Position numbers and translations under genes: made by a program. Positions 24,184-35,900 of a stretch of DNA of 64,000 bases are shown here, piece by piece. The notes beneath the pieces are model-generated. The model searched no databases, had not been told where the DNA came from, and worked only from the letters and a program-made list of their open reading frames with translations. Position 1 is the stretch's first letter. Each line of letters starts with the position of its first letter. Source of the stretch: Thecamonas trahens ATCC 50062 (taxonomy: Eukaryota > Protista > Apusomonadida); assembly GCF_000142905.1 (NCBI RefSeq), contig NW_013657616.1, forward strand, positions 131,174 through 195,173, written 5' to 3'.

Positions 24184-25680
24184 ATGGCGGAGACAGGCGC
24201 AGCAGGCGGAGGAGAGTCGCAGAGCAGAGGTGGAGGACACAGCAGCAGGATGATGGCTGACGCTGTCCACGCTGCCACCCAGGCCATGCTCACCGCACCA
24301 TTGCAGCCAGCAGACCAGGCAGAGCGCCCTGTCGCTGCGAGCACTGGCGAATCACTCAATTTCAGCCAAAAATCGCAATCTCGCTCATCTCCACAAATCG
24401 CTTCCGCTCCGTCTCCTGCGTCCGCTCTCGCTCCTGCGGCTGTTCCTTTATCTGCAGCGATGAGCACAAGCTCCCCATCCGGCAAGGTCGCCTCGGACGC
24501 TGCCGCCGTCATCGTCGTCAAGTCCGAGCCCATCGATGATCAGCCCGGCGCGACTGACGCCCACGGTATCAACCTTGCTGGGCCGATGGAAGACGGTGTC
24601 GCGTCGACAGTGGCGCAGGTCAAGCTCGAGGGACAGGCCAAGGTCGAGACCAAGGTCGAGGCCAAGCCTCCGCCCAAGATCAAGGCGGTTGCCACTGCGA
24701 GCGCGTCCAAGTCAGCGGCAGGTAAGGCCAAGGCGGCAGGGGCCGAGCGGAAGCGGAAGCGCAAGCCGAGCGCCAAGGTCGTTGCGGCACGGAAGCGATC
24801 CAAGCGCGGCGGAGCCAAGGTGGAGGAGGACATCCACGCGCCGTCGTCGGGCATGCGGCGATCGGGCAAGTACTACCACCCCAAGGCCGACCAAGAGAAG
24901 GGTGTGCCGACGGTAGTGCCGGTCAACGCCCTCCCGCTCCTCTTTGACCGCATCATGGTGACCTTCTCGGAGGAGGAGGCAAATCGGGTCAACGCATGGG
25001 CGGTGCAGAACGCACTGGTGGCCTACGCCATGATGTCCAAGACGTACGTCCCGCCCGAGGGCCCGCTGGTCATGATGGAGGACCTCATGGCCGAGGTCCA
25101 CTCAAATGCCATCTACGCTGTTCCCTTTGTCCGCATGGACAAGCCGCTACTCGACCCGTCGCTTGCCGCGCCGTCGATTGTTCCGCCGACCGCTCCGTCG
25201 GCTGCCGCCGTCGACGCCGCCGCCGCGGCCGCCTCGGCACACACGGCGCTACAGGACGACAGCGAGTACAACCCGCTCCTCCCGCCGCCCATCGAGCTCG
25301 CTGCTGCCCGATCATCGGCCTCCACCGCCGCCGCGGCCGCGGCCTCGCCGGCCGTCTCGGCGCTCAACGCGCAGCTCTCCAAGTTTGACAAGTTTGTCGG
25401 CTCAAAGGCCGAAGCCCGCAAGCGATCGTACCGAGCGACAGGTGACTACGAGCGCAAGTGGACGGTGCTCGAGGTTGTCCGCTTTGTCGAGGGCTACGCC
25501 GCCATCCCCTCGGGTGCCACCGCCAACCGCCGCATCGCCGAGCACATCGGCACTGACCTCTGGTCCTCGCACGTCGCCCGTATCAAGCGCGCCTACAAGA
25601 AGGATCCCACTCCGTTCGACGACATCGTCGCAAAGTACAAGGCCGGCAAGCTCCGCGACGATGCCCACGCCTACCCCTGA
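24184..25680 (+). CDS. Nuclear protein with C-terminal Myb/SANT-like domain
   Basis: Basic NLS-like ERKRKRKP; C-terminal KWTVLEVVRFVEGY...RRIAEHIGT matches the SANT/Myb helix pattern; strong GC3 codon bias. Confidence 0.6.
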   Translation: MAETGAAGGGESQSRGGGHSSRMMADAVHAATQAMLTAPLQPADQAERPVAASTGESLNFSQKSQSRSSPQIASAPSPASALAPAAVPLSAAMSTSSPSGKVASDAAAVIVVKSEPIDDQPGATDAHGINLAGPMEDGVASTVAQVKLEGQAKVETKVEAKPPPKIKAVATASASKSAAGKAKAAGAERKRKRKPSAKVVAARKRSKRGGAKVEEDIHAPSSGMRRSGKYYHPKADQEKGVPTVVPVNALPLLFDRIMVTFSEEEANRVNAWAVQNALVAYAMMSKTYVPPEGPLVMMEDLMAEVHSNAIYAVPFVRMDKPLLDPSLAAPSIVPPTAPSAAAVDAAAAAASAHTALQDDSEYNPLLPPPIELAAARSSASTAAAAAASPAVSALNAQLSKFDKFVGSKAEARKRSYRATGDYERKWTVLEVVRFVEGYAAIPSGATANRRIAEHIGTDLWSSHVARIKRAYKKDPTPFDDIVAKYKAGKLRDDAHAYP

Positions 25681-25733
25681 CACCTCTCGGTCGGGCTCGC
25701 GGCAAGCATGGCTGCCTTTACTTACCTCTCTGG

Positions 25734-26420
25734 CTATGCCGCCTTGTCTGCAGCCTTTGCCGGGGCCGGCAGATCGAATGGGCGATGGGTGACGAGCATG
25801 CGGAGGAGGAGGCAAGCCGGGACAACGAACCACGGCGAGTTGAGGCAGAGGACAAAACCAAAGTGCGGCGTGGGATGCTCACCGTAGGCCTCCTCCATCA
25901 TGATGATAAAGACGATGGTCATGATCGACGCGGCGTAGACCATGGTGACGTCCCGAATCCAGGCGCAGCCCTTGGCAAAGGCGTAGAGGCCGACCATGTA
26001 GTACGGCCCGTAGAAGAGGACATCGGGCCAGAGCGTGGCCTGCCACCACGCCGGCCGGGCGAGGAGGACCGGATCAAACGCGCGCGAGTAGGCATGGATG
26101 AGCTTGATGAAGGCCTGCGGCGGCCACGGAGCGGCGGCCACTTCGGCAGCGTTGTTTGGGTCCGCAATGATCAGCTGCTCGATGTCCACCAGATACGTCA
26201 CCAGCACCAGATTGAGCACAAAGTAGCCGAGAATGCACCAATCGGCCGGCCGCTGCGAGAGCGGGGCAGGACGCGCGGGTGCTGCGGCCACAACTTTTTT
26301 TGTCCGCTCGCAACGCCACCGCCCACCTGCCGCCACACCATCGCACATGTCGTCAGCACACTCGCCACAGGCAGAACAAGACACGAGTACGTCACCGCAG
26401 TCATCAGGTGCTCCATCCAC
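25734..26420 (-). CDS. EXPERA-domain membrane protein (TMEM97/EBP/TM6SF-like); 5' end uncertain
   Basis: RPADWCILGYF; FDPVLLARPAWW; PDVLFYGPYY; YAASIM; NSPWFVVP; four hydrophobic helices. Confidence 0.75.
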   Translation of the reverse strand: MDGAPDDCGDVLVSCSACGECADDMCDGVAAGGRWRCERTKKVVAAAPARPAPLSQRPADWCILGYFVLNLVLVTYLVDIEQLIIADPNNAAEVAAAPWPPQAFIKLIHAYSRAFDPVLLARPAWWQATLWPDVLFYGPYYMVGLYAFAKGCAWIRDVTMVYAASIMTIVFIIMMEEAYGEHPTPHFGFVLCLNSPWFVVPACLLLRMLVTHRPFDLPAPAKAADKAA

Positions 26421-26824
26421 GGCTCAAAGCCAGGAGTCGCCGTCATCCTCACCGGGGCTTTACAAAGTGAGGTGTGCCCGTGGCCTCTTTCCCGCCCCCT
26501 CCTCCCGCCCGGCCCAACGGCTGGCCGGCCGTCCCGGCGCGAGCAGATGCGCGCCGCCTGGTGGATCACGGTCGGAAAGAGGGACATCAAACTGTGGATA
26601 CCATCGCCGCGTGTGCAGTGCGCATCGCTTGTGCGTGTCGCGCGCGTGCGGATGGAGAGGGCGGGAGAGCTGATGCTGTGTGTGCGGCATGCGTGCGGCG
26701 ACGGCGGATCGAGCGAAGATCACTCATATGCTGTCGAATGCGGCGCAGGCGGCGTGAAGGGATGCTCGCGTGGCAACGGTGGCTTGTCTCATTTACTCGC
26801 CGATCGGCAACATGCGGGGGACGG

Positions 26825-29800
26825 TCAATGGGCGGCCCAGAACGAGTGACGGAGGGCGGGATCGCTGACATCGCAGCGGGAGAGGTTGGTGGTGATGGAG
26901 AGGAGACCAAGCTCAAAAGCGGCAACGAGGTCGATGTCGGCGTCGACCGCGGGCGGGGCGAGGCCCTGGATGGCAGCGGCGTGATCGACCGACTCGTAAA
27001 AGGCAATGAGATTCTCGAGGGCGAGGTTGAAGCGGGTGTAGACCGGGTCAAAGAGGTCGGTGATAAAGTTGGTTTCGACGAGGGTGCGTATAAGCGCCCG
27101 GTGCAGCCGGATGTTCCTGTTGATCGGACGCGAGAGGAGGACCTGCAAGACGATGACGCCGATAAGCATGGTCCTGGGCGTCCGCGACCTGAGCTCGTCA
27201 GTGATGTTGCGAACGAGGCCTACGAGCGCCGTGGACGAGCAGTAGGCCTGTGGGGTGACGAGGACGGCGGTGACGAGCGACCACGAGGCGATGCGTTTGG
27301 AGAACGGGGTCCAGCAAGTCGGCGCGGCGGCGCCCACAAACAGGTTGGCCAGCTGGGCGTGCCGAGCGTAGAGGATGTCAGGCACGGCGGTTGCGTCGAT
27401 CGAGACCGAGTCGGTGACGAGGGCGATCGGCACATCGGTGCACCACAGCATGGGGATGTCAGACGATGAGCCGTCCTCAGAGGTGGAGGTCATGTCGTCC
27501 ACGCCACGCCATGGATGGAGGGTGCAGTACGGGCAGGTGGCGCACATAAAGGTGCGATGAGTCGATGAGCCGCAGGTGTAGCAGTGGTTGTGCGGGGTGG
27601 TCAGCTCCGAGCCGGGAGCCTCCATGAGGGTGGCGACAACGACAGGCGCCCACCGCTCCAGGTACGTGCCGCGGAAGAGGCGCCAGTGCGACGGCGTCCA
27701 GTCGTGGAGGAGAGCGTGGACGGCGCCGATACCTGGCGCGCGGCAGTTGGCATCATCGCAGTCACAGAGTTGGTACGCTGCAGGCGACGCGCCGTCGGGA
27801 ACCTCACCATTGTTCTCGTCGAGCTCGGCCAGCCGGCGGAGCCATGACACGCCGAGCCGGTCGACGGTCGACTCGAGCGTCCGCGAGCTCGCGATGTCTT
27901 TGGGCGAGTATGGTAGCTCCTCGGCGGCCGGCTCGCGGAGAAGGAGTGAGACAAAGAGACCGGCGATGTTGAGCTTGAGACCGCCAAGCGGCTCGAGGAG
28001 GACGGCACCGGCGAGGAGGGCAAGGAGGCGGGCCGAGAGCTTGAGCACCCCGACCGCGCAGGCGAGCTTGAGAACTTTGAGGACGAGAGCGCGACCAGCG
28101 CCTGCGCGAGCCTCGACGAGGGCACGCGGAGCGGCGACGAGAAGGGCTTCGACGAGGGCTGACGGAAGCGGCGAGGACTCGGGCGAGTCTGTCCGGAGAG
28201 CGGCCAAGACAGCGTTCCAGAGCTCGACGTGCGTGACTGGATGCTTGACGGCAGCGTCTACAAGCTCGGCGACGAGCGAGGGGAGCGGCGAGGCGAGGAG
28301 AGACGGCTGGCGCATGGAGAAGGCACGAAAGGCGTAGAGGTCGCGGTAGACAAAGGCCGAGTTGAGGGAAAAGGCGTGGAGGACGTCTGCGATGGCGCGG
28401 TCTGCGTCGCCGACGTCGCGGTACATCTCTGCGCGCCAGAGGAGGACGCCGCGGTCGTAGGGGTCGAGTTCGAGGGCGGTGGTGTAGTCTGCGCGTGTTG
28501 CAGCGTAGCGGTGAAGGAGCTCTGCGGTAATGGCGCGGTTGCAGTAGGCGTCGACCATGTCTGGGGCGAGGGCGATGGCGGTGTCGTACGAGGCGAGGGA
28601 GTCCTCGCGGCGGGAGACGTTCTGGAAGCCGATGCCGAGGTTGTAGTGGAGGATGGACCGGATGTAGACGTGGCGTGGGTCGGCAACGGCTATGCCGGCG
28701 GAGCAATCGGCGATGGCGTGGTCGTACATGCCCGAGCGCGAGTGGCAGAAGCCACGGCGCGAGTGGGCCATGAGCAGACGCGGACAGAAGCAGAGGACGA
28801 GGTTGAAGAAGCGGATGGCCATGGCGTACTCGCGGAGCTGGACGTAGACTTTGCCCCAGAGGTAGAGGAAGTGGCCCTCGATCTTGGGTTTCCCGGGGAA
28901 CATGATCGGCGACATGACCTGGAGGGTGAGGCCGGCGTTGGGCGGACGCGTTGTTCGTCCGTCACGGCCGTAGACGGCGACAAGTGGGTCAAAGGCGGCG
29001 GCGCCCCATGTGGCGGCGTCGAACGGGCCGTCCAAGCTAGGGAGGGTGGCGGGATCGACGTGCTGCTCGGGAGCAGCAGTAGCAGCAGGGCGCGCAGCAG
29101 CGTCTGCGCCGGGCGATGATTCGGTGGCAGCCACTGAGTTGATGTAGCCCGCGGCGGTGTGAGCAAAGAAGGCGAGGAGGGCGTGGAGACGGGGAACGTG
29201 TTTGGACGGCGGCTCAAAGGAGAGGGCCTCGTACGGCACGGCCTCGCTCCAGTTGTACTCACCGGCCTTGAGGCGAAAGTTGAGGGTATCGACCCAGCGA
29301 TGTGTGTAAAAGGCAGCGAGGCTTTTGATGGCCCAGGCGCGGGCGGCGAGGACGTTGGAGCCCTTGTCGTGGATGACCACACAGTGACAGGGGCTCATCG
29401 GTGCCGCGATGCAAGCAAGCAGTTCGTCTGCTGGCTGCATCAGTAGCTCGTCCAGCCTGTTGGCAGCGGCTGCGTCCTTGAGCATCTCGATGATGTTGTC
29501 CACCGAGGGGAGGGTGGAGTGGCTGCGATGGTTGGGCTGGTCGGGCTGGTCGGGTTGATCATCATGTCCGACATGACCGGGCTTGTCACCTTGCCCGACG
29601 TGATCGACCTCACCGACTTGGCCACCACGGTCACCATGGTCACCACGGTCACCTTGCCCGACGTGATCGACCTCACCGACTTGGCCACCACGGTCACCAT
29701 GGTCACCACGGTCACCTTGCCCGACGTGATCGACCTCACCGACTTGGCCACCACGGTCACCATGGTCACCACGGTCACCTTGCCCGACGTGATCGACCTC

Positions 29801-30150
29801 ACCGACTTGGCCACCACGGTCACCATGGTCACCACGGTCACCTTGCCCGACGTGATCGACCTCACCGACTTGGCCACCACGGTCACCATGGTCACCACGG
29901 TCACCTTGCCCGACGTGATCGACCTCACCGACTTGGCCACCACGGTCACCATGGTCACCACGGTCACCTTGCCCGACGTGATCGACCTCACCGACTTGGC
30001 CACCACGGTCACCATGGTCACCACGGTCACCTTGCCCGACGTGATCGACCTCACCGACTTGGCCACCACGGTCACCATGGTCACCACGGTCACCTTGCCC
30101 GACGTGACCGGGCTCGTCATCTCGCCCAGCCCTCGCAGCCTCCCGTCTGG
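26825..30150 (-). CDS. TPR-repeat protein with CCHC zinc knuckle and N-terminal 21-aa Gly/Asp/His repeats (5' exons probably upstream, possibly from ATG 30786)
   Basis: TPR consensus (AHSRRGFCH..GMYDHAIAD, HYNLG..DTAIALAP, AYCNRA..DYTTALELDP); CYTCGSSTHRTFMC = CX2CX4HX4C; polypyrimidine-CAG acceptor near 30148; GTAAGT donor near 30628. Confidence 0.75.
29587..30107. repeat. Perfect 63-nt tandem repeat, 8 full copies plus a partial
   Basis: Unit CACCTTGCCCGACGTGATCGACCTCACCGACTTGGCCACCACGGTCACCATGGTCACCACGGT at 29587 + 63n. Confidence 0.97.
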
Positions 30151-30935
30151 TGGCAAAGAACAGACGATGAGGTGGCGGGGGGAGAGTGAACAGCAATGGA
30201 GAGCATCTCCCCCCACATCATCCCTCCATTCACAGGTAATAAGATGCGTAAACAACATCTCTACACAAGCCATGTGCAATTGATATTCGTGTCTCTATGT
30301 ACTTTTTCCCCTTGATGCCCTTGAAGGACAGGGTTTGGGAACCGAGTGGCGCGCGGCGAGCAGGGGAGGGGTCAGGGGTCAGGGGGGGGGGGGGGGGGCA
30401 CAGGTCGCAGGGGGCAGGAGGCGGAAGGCAGGAGGCGGGAGGCAAGACAAGGAGGCGCGCGCGGGGGGGGGGGGAGGGTACCGTTGGTATAACACTCCCT
30501 CCTGCAATCTCCTCCTTCCTCTCCCTATGCTGAGTGTGAGGTGTGGCTGTCGGCTGTCGGCTGGTGTTCCTGTCTCGATTCGGGCAAGTCGTGTTGTTCT
30601 TTGCTGTCCCGGCTCTCATTCACTTACTTGGTCGGCCGGGATTCGCTGAGGACCTACATGAAGCAACATGAAGCACCATGAAGCAGCCATCAAGTACCAT
30701 GAAGCATCATGAAACACCGTGGACACCGTGGAGGGATCAAACTGGATGAGTTTGTGCTGAATGGTGTCATCAGAGTAGATGTCCATGGTGATTGGTACTG
30801 GAAGTCGAGGGGGTATGCTATGCTGGGAACAACGAACGAGAGCAGCTGAGAGGGCGAGCAAGGAGAGGTGCACACAAGGAGCGAAAACAGGTGGTGTATT
30901 AGCTACTACCCAAAACAGCCATGGCAAGAGCGGGC

Positions 30936-31964
30936 TTAGTTGGCGACGCACAGGCGCTGGATCTCGGCCGACGGATGGAAGATGTTGGGGTCCTGCGGGG
31001 CGGCGTCAAACTCAAAGAACCGGTACTCGATGGTCTCCGACGGGCCAGTGCGACGGTCATGGACTTGGAGGTACACCGGATCACCAGTGTGTGCGTTCTC
31101 AGCGTACGTCACCGAGTTGTGGTCGTGATGATCGGCGGCATGCCAGATGTACACCGTCTGGAAGTCGATGTCACCCTCGCCGACAAACTCAAAGTGCTCA
31201 AAGTTGGGGATGGGCATAGTCCCGTTGTGCATCTTCTGCGACTCGCAGAAGACCGAGTTCATGCCGTAGAAGACCTGATCCGCCTTCTCGCGCTTAAAGT
31301 CCGCGTACTCGGAAAAGCCGTACGTCTCACCATGATGCTCCACAGCACCGTCGACACGCGCAACCTGATGCGTCTGCGAGACAAACCAGCGGAAGAACTG
31401 CGGCCGCCTGCGCTTCTCGTTGTGCGCCATGATCGTCGCCGAGTAGTCCTGGCCACTGTCTCGCCGACCGTCATCCCACCTGTAAGTGCCGCATCATGTG
31501 ACTCTCCCTCTCAGCACCCTCATACACGGCTGCACACCATCCGTGCGTGGCATACATATATATATGAATATATATGTGGCTAATACGGAGGCTAGCTGGT
31601 CGGAGGCTTGCTGGTTGGCAGGCTGCCTGGCGGCAAGCGGCGTTTTTCGCCCCCAACCCCCGCCACTTCCAAGGCTATGGAACACGAAGCTGGCCACGGC
31701 TGAACTCGCTACTAAGGAGGGACATAGCATGCGGTATCCTCCAAACCTATACAGAGTTTGAACGTCATGGCGTGGTTTAACCGCACATGTCCGCAGGGTA
31801 TGTGACGGGTGCGGAAGGAGGAAAACCTGGCACGCGTGCCGCCGCCAAGTCGCACCGCCACGCACAGCGCAAAACACCAAACGTACCACAGGCTTGGGAG
31901 GAGAGGCGGCCAAGGCCAGAGCCACAAGAGCCAGCATGACAATAATCGCCACCGTGAGCTTCAT
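30936..31964 (-). CDS. Secreted ependymin/LolA-fold-like protein, join(31964..31887,31448..30936)
   Basis: Exon 1 signal peptide MKLTVAIIVMLALVALALAASPPKPV then GTACGT; phase-0 CAG acceptor; beta-rich body ending F.PS....C as in ependymin-related proteins (the fold is inferred). Confidence 0.6.
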
Positions 31965-32934
31965 GACAAACAGAACAACAGTCAAGTGTGCTGCTTGCCC
32001 TTTGGCTCAGCTCAGGCGCGCGCTGACTGGTCAGGTTTCGGGCGAACCATCCGCCGCAGCTGGCGGCTCTGTCTACCAGCCGTCACCCAACAAACAATTA
32101 TTTCACGTTGGAATTAATGGTTCACGCCAAGACGCGTAATGGCAAGCATATGCGACACCCAAGTGCTGTCAACCCAGCCCCCCCCCCCCCCCCCCCCCCT
32201 CCGTTCACGGGCTACATAAGGCGACCACACCGCTCTCGCATCACAATAGTCTCAAGGCGCAACGCACATGTTGCGGCACATGGGTATGTTCTCAGGAGAA
32301 AGGGGGATAAGGGGAGGGGGAAGGGTGAAGGGGCTGGAGGGAAAGGGGGTGGGTGGTGATCGTCNNNNNNNNNNNNNNNNNNNNNNNNNNNNNNNNNNNN
32401 NNNNNNNNNNNNNNNNNNNNNNNNNNNNNNNNNNNNNNNNNNNNNNNNNNNNNNNNNNNNNNNNNNNNNNNNNNNNNNNNNNNNNNNNNNNNNNNNNNNN
32501 NNNNNNNNNNNNNNNNNNNNNNNNNNNNNNNNNNNNNNNNNNNNNNNNNNNNNNNNNNNNNNNNNNNNNNNNNNNNNNNNNNNNNNNNNNNNNNNNNNNN
32601 NNNNNNNNNNNNNNNNNNNNNNNNNNNNNNNNNNNNNNNNNNNNNNNNNNNNNNNNNNNNNNNNNNNNNNNNNNNNNNNNNNNNNNNNNNNNNNNNNNNN
32701 NNNNNNNNNNNNNNNNNNNNNNNNNNNNNNNNNNNNNNNNNNNNNNNNNNNNNNNNNNNNNNNNNNNNNNNNNNNNNNNNNNNNNNNNNNNNNNNNNNNN
32801 NNNNNNNNNNNNNNNNNNNNNNNNNNNNNNNNNNNNNNNNNNNNNNNNNNNNNNNNNNNNNNNNNNNNNNNNNNNNNNNNNNNNNNNNNNNNNNNNNNNN
32901 NNNNNNNNNNNNNNNNNNNNNNNNNNNNNNNNNN

Positions 32935-35900
32935 GGGGTGGCGGGCAGGCGGACGAGAAGTGTGCAACTAACGTCGCCTCGGATTTTGCGGGTGTTCGGC
33001 TGCACGCAAAATGCGTTTTGCGACCATTTTGTGTGTTGGGATCTCGCTCCGCCTCGGATACAGCTTTGCAGAGCGTTGTAGCGTTGGCTGTCGTTGTCTT
33101 GACACTTGGCTGGTGCATGGTTGGAGTGTCGGCAAGTGGCTTGTTTTGCTTGTCGGAGACAACGGTGACAGCAACCCCGTTTACATCTGTGGCTCGAGAT
33201 GACGATGGTTACTCGGCCCTGCTGGCGGCCGACTTTTTCGGATCGGGCTACAAGTCGATGGTCTATGCCGCCAACGGTGAGATCCGTTGGGTGCCGAACA
33301 CCGGGAGTGGGCCAGACGACTTTGGCTCGTCGTTTCCCGTCATGACGCTTCCAGTGGAGACCAACTTTGAGAACCGGGTGAAGCTCATGTTTGCGGTCGA
33401 TGTGGATCTTGACGGGGACCTCGACATAGTGGTTGTGCATGAGGCGATTGGCGTACGGTGGGCAAACAACACAGTCATAGACACCAGCGGTGTCTTCTCA
33501 CCGGCGGGCACCATCCATTCGTTGTTCTCGGAGGATAGTCCTGTGGCGCAGATGGCCGATGCCAACAACGACGGCCGGCCCGATATGCTCCTCTCTTACG
33601 GCTCGATAATCAAGGTTCTCACTCATCCGGGTGCCGAGCTCGTCAACGAGCTTGGGATACTCTGGCCGGAGACTGTGCTGACACCTGTGGCGAGCGCGCG
33701 GACTGCAGCGCTCGTCGATTGGGACAAGGATGGCGTACTTGACGTGTTGTACGCTGCGGATGGCCATGGCATCCGCTGGTTCCGGGCCACCAGCCCGGGC
33801 GTGTACGTCGGTTCCTCGACGAGCCTGTTGACTGTTGTCCAGCAAGTCGCTGTCAGTCATGTGGCGGACATCAATGCTGACGGGAGTGATGACCTTCTGT
33901 ATGCGACCACGGGCTCGATTCTGAGCCTGACAAGCGGAGGGCCGGCGTCGGCATCACAACTGGCCTCTGTTTTCTATGTGTATCAGATGGAGACTGGGTC
34001 TGTTTCGGGCGATGGTGATCTGGTTGACATCATTGTGTCGACGACCACGAGCGTGGGCTTTGTGCCTGCGCTTGCGCCAGGTGTTTATGGCACGTTTGTA
34101 GAAATCGGCCGACCGGCTTCGAGTGGGGGCCCAATTGTGTTCGCAGCGTACGCGTTTGACTTTGTGACTGGGCCGGGGATTTCGTTTGTAGCAGCGACGA
34201 TGGCCAACTCGACCGACAACTTGGCGATGTACCTGCGCGAGGACTCGGGGTCGTTCACGGTGCCCGTAGTGCGCGACTCGACGCCACGGGCGTGCTTGAC
34301 TGTGGTGGTGGCCGACTTTGATGGCGATCTTTCGGCCGACATTGCGCTCGGATGCACCGACGGTTTCGTGCTGTGGTATCCAAACACCGACATGAGCGGG
34401 CAGTTTTATGCGAGGCAAGTTGTGACATCATCATTGGTGACGGCGGCCATAGCAGCGACCGACATCGACCACGACGGCGACCGCGACCTTGTCCTGCTCT
34501 CATTCGACAGCCTCTATGTCTCGATCAACAGCAACGGAGCCGGCATGTTTTTGGCACCGTCAGCAGCGTTCAACGATGTTGGAATGGGGGTGCACATGGA
34601 AATGGAAGATGTGAACGGCGATGGCGCGATCGACGCTGTGGTCTTGGACGGATCCTCTGACAAAATCTATATCTACTGGGGCACGACAGCGGCGCCGTAC
34701 TTTACGGCCCGGACCGAAGTGCCGCTACCGGCGTCGTCGGTGAGCATGTTTGGCCTCGGCGACATGAGCGGTGACGGGCGGGTTGATCTTGCGTTCTCGC
34801 ACGTCAATGGCCTGACGTATCTCCCAGGTGTGGCGACGTCGCCGTACTTTTCTACGGGCAGTGCAGTTGCGATCCTCTCGACGGTCGGGTACTTGGGCAA
34901 CCAGCTCGTGATTGCCGATTTCGACGGCGATGGATACGGCGACCTGGCTGTGGCAGCGCGGAACTATAGGGCGCGTGTGTTTACCAATCCCGGCGCGACA
35001 CCGTCACCGGCGCCGTGGGGTGGACCCAATCTTTCAACCGGCACCGACTCGAGCTCGGTGGCGGTGGCTGATTTTGACGGCGACGGCGACCTTGATGCGA
35101 TCACAATCATCGATGAGACGGAGACGGCCATCGATTGGGCGCGTACAAGCCTCGGCGGCAGCATTTCGATAACCAACATCAACTCCGGCCCATCTCCGGC
35201 GCCTGCGGGCGCTTTCGTGTTGCGGTTGGCGACTTTGACGGCGACCTCGACATGGACGCAGTGGTGCTGTATAGTGTGGCGAGTCAACTAGGCACGTTTG
35301 GCACCGCCACTCACCTGCGCCGCAACGGGTACACGCTTGGCGTTCCTAAGCGGCGGAACCTTGATCTGAGCAAGAGCGAGTGCAAAGTGCAGGGCAACAC
35401 GTCGCTGGCCTGCGTGGAGGCGTCACTGGCGGGCTTGGCACGGTGCACGACAGACACGCTCCTCCTCCCAGCCGGGCGCTACACCGGGTGCCGGCGCGAC
35501 CGTGGGCTCAAGATCACGCGGCCGATTCGGATCGAGCCTGCTGAAAGTGCGCCTGCGCGAGTGGTTCTCGACTGCGAGGACTCGGGCGTGCTGTACAGCA
35601 TGGAAGTGCTCGAGACGGACTCGTTTGCCGTAGGCCAGCTCGACTTGGCGCGAGTCGACGTGCGGCGGACCAGGAGTGCGACGCATTCATTGGTGGGTGG
35701 CCAAGGGCTACGTGCCTCGGGGGCAAATACTCGCATTCTGCTTCATGACTCGTCGATCTCAGGCTCACAAGCGGCGGCGATGACGACGATGACGGCTGAT
35801 GAGGGGCGCGGTGGCTGCGTGGCCATTTCCAGCGGCGGGCGGCTCGAGGCCAGCGGTTCGACAATTGGACCGTGCACGGCAATTGACTACGGTGGCGGGG

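Noticed and set aside
32212-33440. ORFs spanning N-runs (also around 20117-20216, 47179-47371, 53447-53646 and 62961-63692)
   Set aside because: Their length comes from translating gaps.
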